From NCBI GenBank assembly GCA_040755995.1, contig JBFMAF010000026.1, forward strand, positions 76,889 to 140,888: a DNA stretch of 64,000 nt, written 5' to 3'. The notes below the pieces were generated by a model, which was not told the origin of the DNA, made no database searches, and saw nothing but the letters and a program-made list of their open reading frames with translations. Positions 38,567-49,517 of the stretch are shown here, one piece after another. Source of the DNA: Acidobacteriota bacterium. Its GTDB lineage: Bacteria; Acidobacteriota; CAIWXX01. A program made the position numbers and the translations under genes. Position 1 is the first letter of the stretch. Each line of letters opens with the position of its first letter.

Positions 38567-38642
38567 GCCTGACGCCGGCACTAACCCGCGAGCGTAGCTC
38601 CATCATGCCATGCGGCGCGCGTCGTTCAGCACCAAGTTCGGC
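38567..38642 (-). mobile_element. Degenerate integron attC-like site
   Basis: Minus strand: GCCGAAC-ttggt-GCTGAAC...GTTAGT-gccggc-GTCAGGC, matching the R''/L''/L'/R' layout with an extra base in L''. Confidence 0.5.
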
Positions 38643-38882
38643 GGCTCGCACATTGAAAGGTGCGAGGAATCTCGGCCGTCTCCATGCCTTGTCCATCGAA
38701 ATAGAGCAGAGATCCACTCCTCCCGTTGCCCAACAGCATTATGAGATGACCACCTGATCCAGAGCAAGATCCAATCATTTCACGCATCCCGAAACCCAAT
38801 GGCCATGCCCAGGGAGGGGATGTTCGACGCCGGCTTGTGTTTCGGCTCTGCGAGACACGAAGCTCTATTCCGTTCGGCCGGT

Positions 38883-39098
38883 TCAGATCTCTTCGGGTTT
38901 CAAGCCGGTGCGCTTGGCGATCCGGGCCATCATCCGTGGGCCGATTTCGTCGCGGTCGTGAAACGCAAGAACGTAATCGGGCCAGCCGGGCCGGGCGAGC
39001 ACGCGATGGGAGCCGACGGATTCCCGCTTGATCGACCAGCCGATGCGAAGGAGGGCGGCAAGCACCTGCTTCGCCTTGGCTGAAGGCCATTGGCTCAT
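38883..39098 (-). CDS. hicA: HicA-family toxin
   Basis: VLAALLRIGW..KRESVGSHRVL...AFHDRDEIGPRMMARIAKRTGL. Confidence 0.85.
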   Translation of the reverse strand: MSQWPSAKAKQVLAALLRIGWSIKRESVGSHRVLARPGWPDYVLAFHDRDEIGPRMMARIAKRTGLKPEEI

Positions 39099-39295
39099 GC
39101 AGACAGCGCGAAGAGCTCGCTCAGCTCGGGAATCGCCTCCCCGTGGTCGAGACGATCCGCGATGACGCGTAGCGCCAGCGCTTCCACCTTGGCGATGGCT
39201 CCCTCCTGCGTTGGACCGTACGCCATCACCCCGGGCAGATCTGGCACTTCCGCGATCCAGCGACCGTCGTCCTCGCGCTCGATTTCAATCTTCAT
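39095..39295 (-). CDS. hicB: HicB-family antitoxin (short form)
   Basis: IEREDDGRWIAEVPDLPGVMAYGPTQEGA; ATGA overlap with hicA. Confidence 0.88.
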   Translation of the reverse strand: MKIEIEREDDGRWIAEVPDLPGVMAYGPTQEGAIAKVEALALRVIADRLDHGEAIPELSELFALSA

Positions 39296-39379
39296 GCGGC
39301 CTCCCGTGATCGTTCCTCATCGTAGCGCATCCTCCGGTGATGGGCAAGTTCAGCTCGCCCTCCGGCGCTAACCCCGTAG

Positions 39380-39555
39380 CCCCAGAGCAGTTTCTTGAAT
39401 TCCTCCATGCTCAAGCCGGCGTCCCTAACAATCCCTGCCATGGTGTAGCCATTGACCGGATTGTTGCGCGGCATGGTGACAAATCGCGCTCCGTTGGACA
39501 TGACGATGTGCTTCCCCTGACGAACAATTCGGAAACCGGTTTTCTCAAGAGCAGG
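39380..39555 (-). pseudogene. Second HicA-family toxin, N-truncated, stop codon apparently lost
   Basis: ALEKTGFRIVRQGKHIVM...PRNNPVNGYTMAGIVRDAGLSMEEFKKLL. Confidence 0.7.
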
Positions 39556-40055
39556 GGGATGACCCACGCCCAAGCCTAGAGAATTCAATCAACTCAATCC
39601 TCGATCCTGCTGAGTGCACCGATGTTGCCGTCGTGTCGCCCACCGCCGCAGACCAGGGGCCTAGAGGCGGAAGCCGGTTCGGGCGAACAAAAGCAGGACG
39701 CCGGCGAAGGCCAGGAACGCCAGCAAGAACCCCAGCGCAATGGTCCCACCGACGATCAGGAGCTTCCACCGGGCCCGCTGCTGCTGACCGAACGCACACC
39801 CGAGAAGTATTTCGGAGAAGAGGACCCTCGGCGAGCCAGGTGGTATGCACCCTTGTCGCAGTCCATTTCTGGATACGGATGCAGAAGTGAGCAAGTTCCA
39901 TCGAGACGACGCATGATCCGGCGGCAGGAGCCAACTCGGCGGAAGGGGCACGGGCGCCGGCACGCCTGGCAATCCGGCGGCGTATCCGAGTATGGCGTCG
40001 CTACGGTAGAATCCCGGTGGTGCGCCCGTCTCGATGAGGGCGAAGGAGGCATACG

Positions 40056-41699
40056 ATGAGCTACCGCGGCGGTGTACGCCCGATTCTGGAGATAGCACAG
40101 GAACTTGGTATCGATCGCCGGCACGTCATGCTCTACGGAGATGACAAGGCGAAAGTCTCGCTCGATGCTCGCGACCCGTCGCGCGCATTCGGCAAGCTGA
40201 TCCTCGTTTCGGCAATCACACCGACTGATGCAGGCGAGGGCAAGACCACGACCTCGATCGGACTCGCCCAGGGCTTTGCCAAAATCGGCGAGCGCGTGTG
40301 CCTGGCGCTGCGCGAGCCTTCGCTCGGACCGACATTCGGGCTCAAGGGCGGGGCAACCGGCGGGGGGCTGGCGCGGGTCGTCCCGGAAGCGGACATCAAC
40401 CTGCATTTCACCGGGGACTTCCACGCGATCTCGGCCGCACACAACCTCCTGGCGGCCATGCTGGACAACCACATCCACCACGGCAACTCTCTGGAGATCG
40501 ATCCACGCCGGGTGCTGTGGCGGCGAGTCATCGACATGAACGACCGCTCGCTGAGGCACGTCGTGATCGGGCTGGGCGGCGCGCTCGATGGTGTGCCGCG
40601 CGAGACAGGATTCGACATCACTCCAGCCTCCGAACTGATGGCTGCGCTCTGTCTGGCAGAGAACGCCGAGGACTTGCGAAAGAGGCTCGCGCGCGTGATC
40701 GTGGCGCTGACCTTCCAGAAGGAGCCTGTGACGGCCGCTGACTTGAAGGCCGTGGGGGCGATGATGGTGGTCCTCAAGGACGCCATCAAGCCGAATCTCG
40801 TCCAGACACTCGATGGAGGGCCCGCCTTCGTGCACGGCGGCCCGTTCGCCAACATCGCACATGGCTGCAACTCGGTCATCGCCACCAAGATGGCACTCGC
40901 ACACGCCGATTGGGCCGTGACTGAAGCGGGCTTCGGGTTCGATCTCGGCGCCGAGAAGTTCTACGACATCAAGTGTGTTTCCGCAGGGCTCGACACGGCC
41001 GCGGTGGTACTAGTTGCCACCGTGCGTGCGCTCAAGCTGCATGGCGGGGCCGACAAGACCGCCCTGACCACACCGGATCCCGCCGCCGTCGAACACGGGC
41101 TGGGCAATCTGGAAAAGCATGTCGGGAACATTCGCGCCTTTTGCGAGCCGCCGGTCGTTGCGCTCAACAGATTCGGCAGCGACTCGGACGACGAGATCGC
41201 CGTGGTGCGGCGGGAGTGCGAACGGCTGGGCGCACCGTTCGCCCTCTCGGATGTGTTCGCCAAGGGTGGTGAGGGCGGGGTCGAGCTCGCGCGCGCCGTC
41301 ATGGCCCACGCCGAGAAGCACTCGAAGCGGTTCTGCCCTCTCTACGATTGGAATGAACCGGTCAAGACGAAGATGGAGAAGATCGCCCGGGCGATGTATG
41401 GAGCGAGAGAGGTGGGGTGGAGCAAGGAGGCGGAGCAGGACCTCGCGCTGATCCGCAAGCTCGGTTACGAGAACCTGCCGCTCTGTGTCGCCAAGACGCA
41501 GAAGTCGCTGTCGGACGATCCGAAGCTGCTGGGCCGCCCCGAGGACTTCGAGATCTCGGTTCGGAATGTGGTCCTCGCGGCCGGCGCACACTACCTGGTG
41601 CCGATCCTCGGCGACATCATGCGCATGCCGGGGCTCCCAGTTTCGCCTCAGGCCGAGCGCATGGACCTGGTCGACGGCGGAGTAGTCGGCATGTCATGA
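40056..41699 (+). CDS. fhs: Formate--tetrahydrofolate ligase
   Basis: ITPTDAGEGKTT, LREPSLGP.FGLKGGATGGG, HGGPFANIAHGCNS, TEAGFG.DLGAEKF, MRMPGLP. Confidence 0.97.
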   Translation: MSYRGGVRPILEIAQELGIDRRHVMLYGDDKAKVSLDARDPSRAFGKLILVSAITPTDAGEGKTTTSIGLAQGFAKIGERVCLALREPSLGPTFGLKGGATGGGLARVVPEADINLHFTGDFHAISAAHNLLAAMLDNHIHHGNSLEIDPRRVLWRRVIDMNDRSLRHVVIGLGGALDGVPRETGFDITPASELMAALCLAENAEDLRKRLARVIVALTFQKEPVTAADLKAVGAMMVVLKDAIKPNLVQTLDGGPAFVHGGPFANIAHGCNSVIATKMALAHADWAVTEAGFGFDLGAEKFYDIKCVSAGLDTAAVVLVATVRALKLHGGADKTALTTPDPAAVEHGLGNLEKHVGNIRAFCEPPVVALNRFGSDSDDEIAVVRRECERLGAPFALSDVFAKGGEGGVELARAVMAHAEKHSKRFCPLYDWNEPVKTKMEKIARAMYGAREVGWSKEAEQDLALIRKLGYENLPLCVAKTQKSLSDDPKLLGRPEDFEISVRNVVLAAGAHYLVPILGDIMRMPGLPVSPQAERMDLVDGGVVGMS

Positions 41700-41763
41700 T
41701 GAACGGACGCGTTTCGCCCGGCGGGAGCCTCATGCGGCTCACGCGGTTGAGTCAGGAGGGTCA

Positions 41764-44547
41764 ATGAAGCAGTACTGGTACAAACTGACGACATCTGACG
41801 CCCTCGCGCGGCTGGGCGTCGGCGCGGCGCAGGGGTTAACTGGGGCCGAGGCGGCCGAGCGACTGACCCGCTACGGCCCCAACGAGCTGGTCGAAAGAGG
41901 CGGGCGGAGTCGCAAGGACATCATTGTCGAGCAGCTCACGGGCGTCTTGACGATTCTCCTGTTCGTCGCCGCCCTCGTCTCGGCGATGCTCGGCGACTGG
42001 ATCGAGATGGTCGTCATCCTGCTCATCGTGATTCTCAACGCCGTTCTCGGTTACACGCAGGAGTACAAGGCCGAGCAGTCCATGGCCGCTCTGAAGCGGA
42101 TGACCGTGCCGAAGGTGCGAGTCCGGCGCGATGAAAAGGTTCAGGAGATCTCGGCGCGCGACCTGGTTCCTGGTGACCTGGTGCTTGTCGAAAGCGGCAA
42201 CATCGTGCCGGCCGACGGTCGCGTCATCCAGAGCGCGAACCTGCGTGTCGAGGAGGCTGCGCTGACGGGCGAGTCGGAGCCGGTGGAGAAGCACGCCGAG
42301 CTGGTCTTCGAGACCGATCGCGCGCTCGGTGACCGCCGCAACATGGTCTACAGCGGCACCATCGTCAACTATGGACGCGGCGAGTTCGCGGTCACCGAAA
42401 CCGGCATGCACACCGAGCTCGGCCACATCGCCAATATGATCCAGGCGGTCCAACAGGAACAGACGCCGCTGCAACAGCGTCTGGATCGGGTGGGCAAGAT
42501 GCTGGCCTACGCCGCGCTGGTTCTGGTGGTGGTCGTGTTCGTCGAGGGGCTCATCCAGGGGCACAGCAAGATCGAGGATCTGCTGCTGACGTCCGTCAGC
42601 CTTGCGGTGGCGGCGGTGCCCGAGGCTCTGACGGCGGTCGTGACGATCGCGTTGTCTTTGGGCGCTCAGCGCATGCTGAAGCGGCGGGCGCTGATCCGCA
42701 AGCTCCCGGCCGTCGAGACGCTCGGCTCAGTCTCTGTGATCTGCTCGGACAAGACCGGCACGCTCACCTTGAACCGGATGACGGTCACTGCGGTCGACAT
42801 CGCCAACCACTCGTTCGAGCTGACACGATCGAGCGAGGCGGAGCGCGCCGAGTTGGTGCCCGTCGGCAAGGCCGGCACTCCCGGGGCTCAACCGACCCTC
42901 GACCTGCTTCTCTGCGCCGGCGCGCTTTGCAACGACGCCGTCCTCTCCTCAGACGGCAGGCAGTCGGGGCACCACCACGCAATCGGAGATCCTACCGAAG
43001 GAGCGCTGGTCATCGCGGCGGCTTACGCGGGCATCATCAAGAACGACCTGGACGTCGCGTTCCCGCGCGTCTCCGAAGTGCCATTCGACTCGGTCCGCAG
43101 GCGGATGACCACCGTTCACCGCATCCCTGCCAGCGGGGAGAGTCTGCCGCCCGGCCTGAAACCGATCTGGGAACGACGCGCGATACGTGGCACGCCGCCG
43201 CCGTTCATGGCTTTCACCAAGGGGGCGATCGACGGGCTCCTCACCATCTCCACCCACGTCTGGGTGGAAGGAGAGGCGCTGCCGCTGGACGAGGCATGGC
43301 GAACGCGGGTCAAGACCGCACATGACCAGATGGCCGCAAAGGGGATGAGGGTCCTGGGCGTGGGAGTCCGAGGGTGGGACCGCCAGCCGGATGACACGAC
43401 GGAGAAGTCGCTGGAGCGTGATCTGACGCTGGTTGGCCTCTTCGGCATGATGGATCCGCCGCGGCCGGAGGTCCGGGATGCGGTGCGTGCATGCCGGAGC
43501 GCCGGGATACGGCCGGCCATGATCACAGGCGATCATCCGCTGACCGCCAGGCATATCGCCCAGCAGATCGGCATCGCCGAGAACGACCGCTTCCTCACGG
43601 GGCAGGAGCTTGACCGCATGTCCGCTGAGGAGCTGGTCGAGGCGACCAGGGACGTCTCGATCTTCGCTCGAGTCTCGCCCGAGCACAAGCTGAAGCTCAT
43701 CGACGCCTACCAGCGCCAGAGCCACATCGTAGCAATGACCGGCGACGGCGTAAACGATGCGCCGGCGCTCAAGAAATCGGACATCGGCGTCGCAATGGGA
43801 ATCACCGGAACCGACGTAGCAAAGGGCGCTTCCGACATGGTGCTGCTGGATGACAACTTCGCGACGATCGTGGCCGCGGTCGAGGAAGGCCGGGTCATCT
43901 ACGACAACATCCGGCGCTTCATCAAGTACCTGCTGACGTGCAACACGAGCGAGATCGCGGTCATGCTCGTCGGGCCGCTGCTCGGCATGCCGCTCCCGCT
44001 GCTGCCGCTCCAGATCCTGTGGATGAATCTGGTCACAGACGGCCTCCCGGCCCTCGCTCTTGGTGTCGAGCCCGCAGAGAAGAACGTGATGAAACGCCCG
44101 CCGTACTCGGCCACCGAAAGCGTGTTCGGGAGAGGCATGGGACCTTTCATAATCGCCATCGGGATCGTGATGGGGATCATGTCGATCGGCGCCGCATTCG
44201 GGCTCTGGCGCGCCGGCGATCCGAGGTGGCAGACAGTGCTCTTCACCACCCTGGTTCTGACGCAACTGGCCGTCGCACTCGCCGTTCGCTCGGAAGAGAA
44301 CTCGCTCTTCCGAATCGGGATCCTCTCGAACCCGCACATGCTGTTTGCGATCGTGACAACCGTCGCGGCCCAGCTGGCTGTCGTCTACATGCCGATCGGG
44401 CAGCGCATCTTCCGCACCGCGTCCATGACCGCAGCCGAGATCGCTCTCAGCTTCGGCCTCGCCGTATTGGCATTCATCGTCGTCGAGGCCTGGAAGGTGG
44501 CGGCGCGGCGGCGATACGCTTCAAGTCCGGGGAACGAGAGCCGTTGA
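41764..44547 (+). CDS. Cation-translocating P-type ATPase (type IIA, Ca2+-like)
   Basis: [49 protein letters not shown]. Confidence 0.95.
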   Translation: MKQYWYKLTTSDALARLGVGAAQGLTGAEAAERLTRYGPNELVERGGRSRKDIIVEQLTGVLTILLFVAALVSAMLGDWIEMVVILLIVILNAVLGYTQEYKAEQSMAALKRMTVPKVRVRRDEKVQEISARDLVPGDLVLVESGNIVPADGRVIQSANLRVEEAALTGESEPVEKHAELVFETDRALGDRRNMVYSGTIVNYGRGEFAVTETGMHTELGHIANMIQAVQQEQTPLQQRLDRVGKMLAYAALVLVVVVFVEGLIQGHSKIEDLLLTSVSLAVAAVPEALTAVVTIALSLGAQRMLKRRALIRKLPAVETLGSVSVICSDKTGTLTLNRMTVTAVDIANHSFELTRSSEAERAELVPVGKAGTPGAQPTLDLLLCAGALCNDAVLSSDGRQSGHHHAIGDPTEGALVIAAAYAGIIKNDLDVAFPRVSEVPFDSVRRRMTTVHRIPASGESLPPGLKPIWERRAIRGTPPPFMAFTKGAIDGLLTISTHVWVEGEALPLDEAWRTRVKTAHDQMAAKGMRVLGVGVRGWDRQPDDTTEKSLERDLTLVGLFGMMDPPRPEVRDAVRACRSAGIRPAMITGDHPLTARHIAQQIGIAENDRFLTGQELDRMSAEELVEATRDVSIFARVSPEHKLKLIDAYQRQSHIVAMTGDGVNDAPALKKSDIGVAMGITGTDVAKGASDMVLLDDNFATIVAAVEEGRVIYDNIRRFIKYLLTCNTSEIAVMLVGPLLGMPLPLLPLQILWMNLVTDGLPALALGVEPAEKNVMKRPPYSATESVFGRGMGPFIIAIGIVMGIMSIGAAFGLWRAGDPRWQTVLFTTLVLTQLAVALAVRSEENSLFRIGILSNPHMLFAIVTTVAAQLAVVYMPIGQRIFRTASMTAAEIALSFGLAVLAFIVVEAWKVAARRRYASSPGNESR

Positions 44548-44782
44548 GCAGTCGCCGGCTGGGCCTGTAGTCAGCGTCTGTCGGCGCCGTGGGCGCTGCG
44601 GCGCTTTGTGCGGCGGGCGCTTGCTGCTGGCGCCGAGAGACCAGACGAACAGCGTCGCGGGCCATGAGAGGCAGCGAAGGGGCTCAGGCGCCCATGACGC
44701 AGTGAGCGGTTGGGGTGTGTTGACGGGTCGTTCCAATCGGGCCAGCTTGCTCACAAGAGAATCTCTCACCCGTCGCACCATG

Positions 44783-47700
44783 TCATCGCTGGCGTTGAGC
44801 GAGGCGATTCTGCTTCCCATACAGGTTCCTCAGAAGCGGATTGAGCTTGAAAGCGCTGTCGAAGGCTTGCTGCGACTGCTCATAAGCCACCTTGGCCTCG
44901 GCGCCGGCACCGCGGCTTTTCAGCAAGAGCAATGAACCGCGAATCGCTTCCGCTTCTCCAGATGCGGCGTTTATTGCGAGAGAGGCAACGGCCGCATCCA
45001 GGCCATTCGCTATCTCGTTGCCCGCATCGTTGCTCTCTTGGATCTTCCACTCCGCCCATCGGAGGTAGATCTCCGCGAGCAGTCTGGAGTGGGCCGCCTC
45101 CTTCTTCTCTTGTACGGCCTGCTCGACGCGCCGGACCGCCCGGCTGAAGTCTGATTCCGGGGGTCGCCCCAGGGAGACCTTCCACTGCGCCTCCAGGAGA
45201 TCAAGAAGTGCCTCGACACGCAACCCGGAGTTGGAATTGGGGAAGAGACGCTGCCCTTCGTCAAGCACTCTGCGGGCTTCGCCCAGCGGCATCTTGGGGG
45301 AACGGTTGCTGCGAAGATCAAATCGCGCCTGAAGAGCGAGGATCTCCGCAAGCTCCGGCCGGGCTTCCATGTTTTCGCTGCTCTTGGCAAGCCCGCGACG
45401 ATAGCTGTCTGCCGCCTGGGCTATGCGCTTGCCCGGGTCGCGGCCTGTCATGTACGCGTATCGCGCCAATCCGAAGTGCGCGAGTCCTTCAGCGAATTCG
45501 GGCAAGCCGTATGCGGGGACGATTGCCTTGGATAGCCGAGCGACGGCCTGCGTGAACTGCACGCTCGGGTCCTCACCCCTGTCGAGTTTGTAGTTGCCGA
45601 GATCGATCAGGGCGAGGGACTCGTTTCGCAGGTCCTCAGCTTGGCCGGTCTCGCTAACCTGATGAAGCAGCTCGACGGCACGGCTGAGTGAACGAGCCGC
45701 ATCGAGCCCATGCTCCGCCTCGTACCGGCCTTTGACAATGTAGGTCGTGCCCAACCTCGAGGCTATCGCTCTTCCTGCAGGATATCGCTTGTGTGCCTCC
45801 TCCAGCCGATCAACAGCCTCGTGGAGCCACGGCAAAGGATCCTCTCCGCGCCACCATGCAATCAAGCCTCGGCTATACAGCCTCTCTCCAAGGTTCACGT
45901 ATGTAAGCATCCATTCCGGTGCCAGTTCTCGGGCGCGCCGCATATCCTCGATCGCCATTTCCTGGGGCGGGATGGCATCGCGACTGCGCATGAAGGCGAA
46001 CTCGGCGAGCCTGGCGAGCAATGCGGACCGCATTATGTAGTTCGAAGGATCATCCGGCTGCAACGCCACTGCTCGATCCGCTTTCTCCAGCGCCTCCTGG
46101 CACAGACCCTCAGCCGCATCGTCCGGCCAGATGGCGGCAGCCTGCCACGACAGCAGCTCGGACGCGACGCGCAACGAGGTCGCACTCTCAGGGTCCAGGC
46201 CGATTGCGCATGCACACTCACCAGCAGCTTCCCCCATTTCGTGCTGGGACGGACGGGCCTCGCGCAGAACAACCTGTGCTCGCAGCATGAGTGAACGTAT
46301 TCTGCACAAGGTGTCATGAACCACAGGACAACTTCGACCTATGCTAGCCGCATCGTGGCCGGCGGCGAGTGCGACCGCGAACTCTTGAGTGGCTCGTCGA
46401 GCATCGTTTTCATCAAACAGCGCCGTGTACCCTTTCTCGAAGTGAACGGTGGCTTTCAGCAAGGGCGCTTCATACAGCCATCTGGATTTCTTTGCGGCCG
46501 CGTCGGCGAGCGTAATAGCCTCGTCCCAGCGCCGTTCGAACAGGGCGATCTGGCCATTGATGAGCTCGGGAAACGTGAGCGAACCACCGCGGCTGCGCCT
46601 CAGTTCCGCAAGCGCAGGCTCACGCAGTTCCCTTGCGGCACGTTTCTCGTCCATGACGCGCAGTTCCGGGCTTCGGGACATTCTGATTGCTGAAATCTCG
46701 CTCTTGTACAGTTCTCCCAATGCGGTGCCAAGCGCATAGGAGACCTCCGGCGTGTGATAGTCCTCTCGTACGGCCGCCTCGAGATGGCTCCTTGCTGCCC
46801 TGAAATCACCCAAGGCCAGTGCGCCGCGCCCGAGGGCCGCATGGCCGGGACCAGCAGCCAGCCCGCCTATCTCTGCCATGCTCGCTTCGAGCGATTTCAT
46901 GCGGCGGCGAACTTCATTCTTGCCCGGCCGGATGTCGTGCGCGGGGCTCAGATACTCCGCTCTCATCAGCCATTCGACGTCTCGAGCTTCTTCTCCGAAA
47001 TGCCGTGCGATTTCTACATGCCTGGCCGCCCGGATGCGCGAAACAAATACCGCAATTCCGGCGGCCAGTAGCACGGCTGCGAATGCGGCGCCTGCGGCGA
47101 TGCGCAGCCGCCTGCGGCGCCGTCGCGCCGGTTTCTCTTGCACCCATCGAAGCTGGGACACAGCCTCGCGAGCCGTCGGGCGTTCGATCGCACGGAGTGC
47201 GGTAAGCTTGCGGATCAGCAACGCGAGATCCGGATCGATCTCACCGATCGGTCCCGTCCGGCCGGCGCGGACTCGGTCCAAGAGCTCCTCTATGGGCAAA
47301 TCATCCGGATAGGCAGGTTTCCCTGTGAATATCTCCTGTAGGAACAACCCGAACGAAAACATGTCACAGGCCGGAGTTACCGGATCACCTTTGATCTGCT
47401 CGGGGCTCATATACCGCAGAGTGCCGAGCGCCGAACCGGCGCGGGTCAGAGTGGTGCGTGTGCCGAGGCCGGCGGCGGTATTCATGGTCCCATCGCGCTT
47501 CGCCTGTTCATCCCGGCCGAGAGGCTCGGTCGTGCCCTCCGATGTGGCCTGACTTCCCGCCGCCGGAGCTGCGGCGAGCAGAAACGGGCTGCATTCCTGA
47601 GCCCCGTTCACGCGCTTTTCTATGCCGCCGTTCCTGCTCACGCTGCGCGCAATTCCAAAGTCCAGGATCTTGACGGCCCCGCGGTTGGTAACCATGACGT

Positions 47701-48385
47701 TGTCGGGTTTGAGATCCCGGTGCACGACATCGGCCTCATGCGCGGCTGACAGGGCCTCGGCGATCTCAATCGAGATGCGTAGCTTCTGGGCCAACGGGAG
47801 TTGCTGGACAGATTCCCCTCGCAGCGTGCGCCCTTCGACGAATTCCAGCACCAGGTAGTCCGCGTCCGGAGCCTCGATGAGATCGTATGCCTGGCAGATA
47901 CTGGGGTGGTTCAATTTCGACAGAGTGCGTGCCTCTCGCAGGAACCGGGCCTTCGATTCGGCACTCAGACGCCTCTCGGCTCGAATCGTCTTGACGGCGA
48001 CCGTTCGTTGGAGTTTCTCGTCGAACCCGCGGTAGACCTCTCCCATCCCGCCGATCCCGATAAGAGCGTCCAGGCGGATGCTGCCGACCCGCGAACCTTC
48101 CAGGCTCTCTGGCGGCCGGCCATCGGAGCTGAGACGCGCCCCCGTCAATGATACGTCCGGACGCACCGCCATCTCACGCCTCAGCTCTTCGATTCCCCGC
48201 TGTGCAGCCTTCTCTATCGGCGCGCCAGACACGTCGTGGCACGCAAGCAGTTCCTGGACCTCCTTCAGCAGGGACTCGTCGCCAGCGCATTCGCGGCGGA
48301 CGAAGGTCAAACGCTCAGCCGGATCACCAATCTCAGCGGCGTTCTCGAAGATGTCCTTGACCCGCTGCCACTGTTCAGGCGTCAT
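44783..48385 (-). CDS. Membrane Ser/Thr protein kinase with TPR-like C-terminal region
   Basis: MTPEQWQRV leader; IGIGGMGEVY, VAVK, VHRDLKPDN, ILDFGIA, GTLRYMSPEQ; one TM helix; helical repeats. Confidence 0.93.
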   Translation of the reverse strand: MTPEQWQRVKDIFENAAEIGDPAERLTFVRRECAGDESLLKEVQELLACHDVSGAPIEKAAQRGIEELRREMAVRPDVSLTGARLSSDGRPPESLEGSRVGSIRLDALIGIGGMGEVYRGFDEKLQRTVAVKTIRAERRLSAESKARFLREARTLSKLNHPSICQAYDLIEAPDADYLVLEFVEGRTLRGESVQQLPLAQKLRISIEIAEALSAAHEADVVHRDLKPDNVMVTNRGAVKILDFGIARSVSRNGGIEKRVNGAQECSPFLLAAAPAAGSQATSEGTTEPLGRDEQAKRDGTMNTAAGLGTRTTLTRAGSALGTLRYMSPEQIKGDPVTPACDMFSFGLFLQEIFTGKPAYPDDLPIEELLDRVRAGRTGPIGEIDPDLALLIRKLTALRAIERPTAREAVSQLRWVQEKPARRRRRRLRIAAGAAFAAVLLAAGIAVFVSRIRAARHVEIARHFGEEARDVEWLMRAEYLSPAHDIRPGKNEVRRRMKSLEASMAEIGGLAAGPGHAALGRGALALGDFRAARSHLEAAVREDYHTPEVSYALGTALGELYKSEISAIRMSRSPELRVMDEKRAARELREPALAELRRSRGGSLTFPELINGQIALFERRWDEAITLADAAAKKSRWLYEAPLLKATVHFEKGYTALFDENDARRATQEFAVALAAGHDAASIGRSCPVVHDTLCRIRSLMLRAQVVLREARPSQHEMGEAAGECACAIGLDPESATSLRVASELLSWQAAAIWPDDAAEGLCQEALEKADRAVALQPDDPSNYIMRSALLARLAEFAFMRSRDAIPPQEMAIEDMRRARELAPEWMLTYVNLGERLYSRGLIAWWRGEDPLPWLHEAVDRLEEAHKRYPAGRAIASRLGTTYIVKGRYEAEHGLDAARSLSRAVELLHQVSETGQAEDLRNESLALIDLGNYKLDRGEDPSVQFTQAVARLSKAIVPAYGLPEFAEGLAHFGLARYAYMTGRDPGKRIAQAADSYRRGLAKSSENMEARPELAEILALQARFDLRSNRSPKMPLGEARRVLDEGQRLFPNSNSGLRVEALLDLLEAQWKVSLGRPPESDFSRAVRRVEQAVQEKKEAAHSRLLAEIYLRWAEWKIQESNDAGNEIANGLDAAVASLAINAASGEAEAIRGSLLLLKSRGAGAEAKVAYEQSQQAFDSAFKLNPLLRNLYGKQNRLAQRQR

Positions 48386-48570
48386 TGACGTGCCTCTCGC
48401 CGAGCCTCAATACAGGCTCAATTCCCAGAGAGGTCGAGAATTCCCATGATGTGGAGTCCGTCTTCCCGCCGAGTATATCACGCCGCAAAATCGTGCCATA
48501 GGCGGTGGAAGCGTGGCAAGCGTGGTGGCGGCGGTGATCAAACCCAGCAGAGAAGGCTGCCGCGGTTTGA

Positions 48571-49386
48571 TCAGTTCCCGGTTCGAACCACTAGCATCGC
48601 CGTCTGCGCGCGCCTCAGAACGCTCGCAACGGTTCTCACGCTGACAGTTCTACCGGTCGTGCGCCCGGTTGGCGCTCCGGCAATCACGATCTCCACCCGC
48701 CGCTCCTTCGCGAGCGCCGCCACTGCGGCGTCGACTGTGTTCGCAATGACGGTCCGGGCTACGCTGACATCGACCCGACCGGCCATCCGTTCGAGCTCTG
48801 CCGCATGCTCCAGGCCACGCTCCACACTCGCCGGAATCGGCAGGATGTCGAGTATGGCGCCATACGCTCTGGCGAGAGCGATAGCGACCAGGCCGGCCGA
48901 GACGCTCGACGGAAGCCCGTCGGTCATGAGCGCGACCCGCTGCCACTCGAGTTCAGGACGCTCGGGAAGCAGAAGCAGGTTCCGTCGCGACGACCTCAAG
49001 GTCTGAGCTGCGACCGAAGCGAGCAGCGGCCAGCGACGGCGCGCGAGCCTGCCTGCGCCCATCACGACCAGATCGCAATCGTGCCGATCGGCGAAGTCTA
49101 CGATGACCGGAGCAGGATCGCCCCTCTCATCGTAGAAGGCGACATCGACCCCTTCGGCACTCGACACGCCTTCAACCATGCGGCGGGCGCTGGCGCATGG
49201 TTCTTCGAGCAGGCGTCCAACATCTCCTGCACCGAACAGCCTGAGATCGCCCTCGTAGCGCGGCGCCACACACATCGCGAGCAGCTTCGCGCGTTCCGCC
49301 CGCGCCAGCCTGCATGCTTCCCGGAATGCGGTGCGGCTGCCGGCAGATCCGTCCACCGCGGCCAGGATCTTCTTGAACAGCGACAC
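48571..49386 (-). CDS. Tandem universal stress protein
   Basis: FKKILAAVDGS, GDPAPVIVD...DLVVMGA; second, degenerate USP domain. Confidence 0.88.
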   Translation of the reverse strand: MSLFKKILAAVDGSAGSRTAFREACRLARAERAKLLAMCVAPRYEGDLRLFGAGDVGRLLEEPCASARRMVEGVSSAEGVDVAFYDERGDPAPVIVDFADRHDCDLVVMGAGRLARRRWPLLASVAAQTLRSSRRNLLLLPERPELEWQRVALMTDGLPSSVSAGLVAIALARAYGAILDILPIPASVERGLEHAAELERMAGRVDVSVARTVIANTVDAAVAALAKERRVEIVIAGAPTGRTTGRTVSVRTVASVLRRAQTAMLVVRTGN

Positions 49387-49517
49387 GGCTAGGGCCTGGG
49401 GGTCCTTTTCGCGAGTGCCGCGCCGGAGGTTTCACCCATGCCGGCATCATAGCGCGGAGACGCCGATCCGGTCCAGGAGCCGGGCACCCGCGCACCCGCC
49501 GTGACTGGGAATCCGGG

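Noticed and set aside
39661..40098. ORF with a hydrophobic C-terminal stretch
   Set aside because: Overlaps the fhs start, has no credible start or motif; at most a membrane-protein remnant
40056..41699. Wood-Ljungdahl pathway locus
   Set aside because: fhs stands alone; no folD, metF or acs genes in the window
48484..48497. Sigma54-like TGGCACGATTTTGC upstream of the Ser/Thr kinase
   Set aside because: GG-N9-GC spacing; sigma54 requires N10
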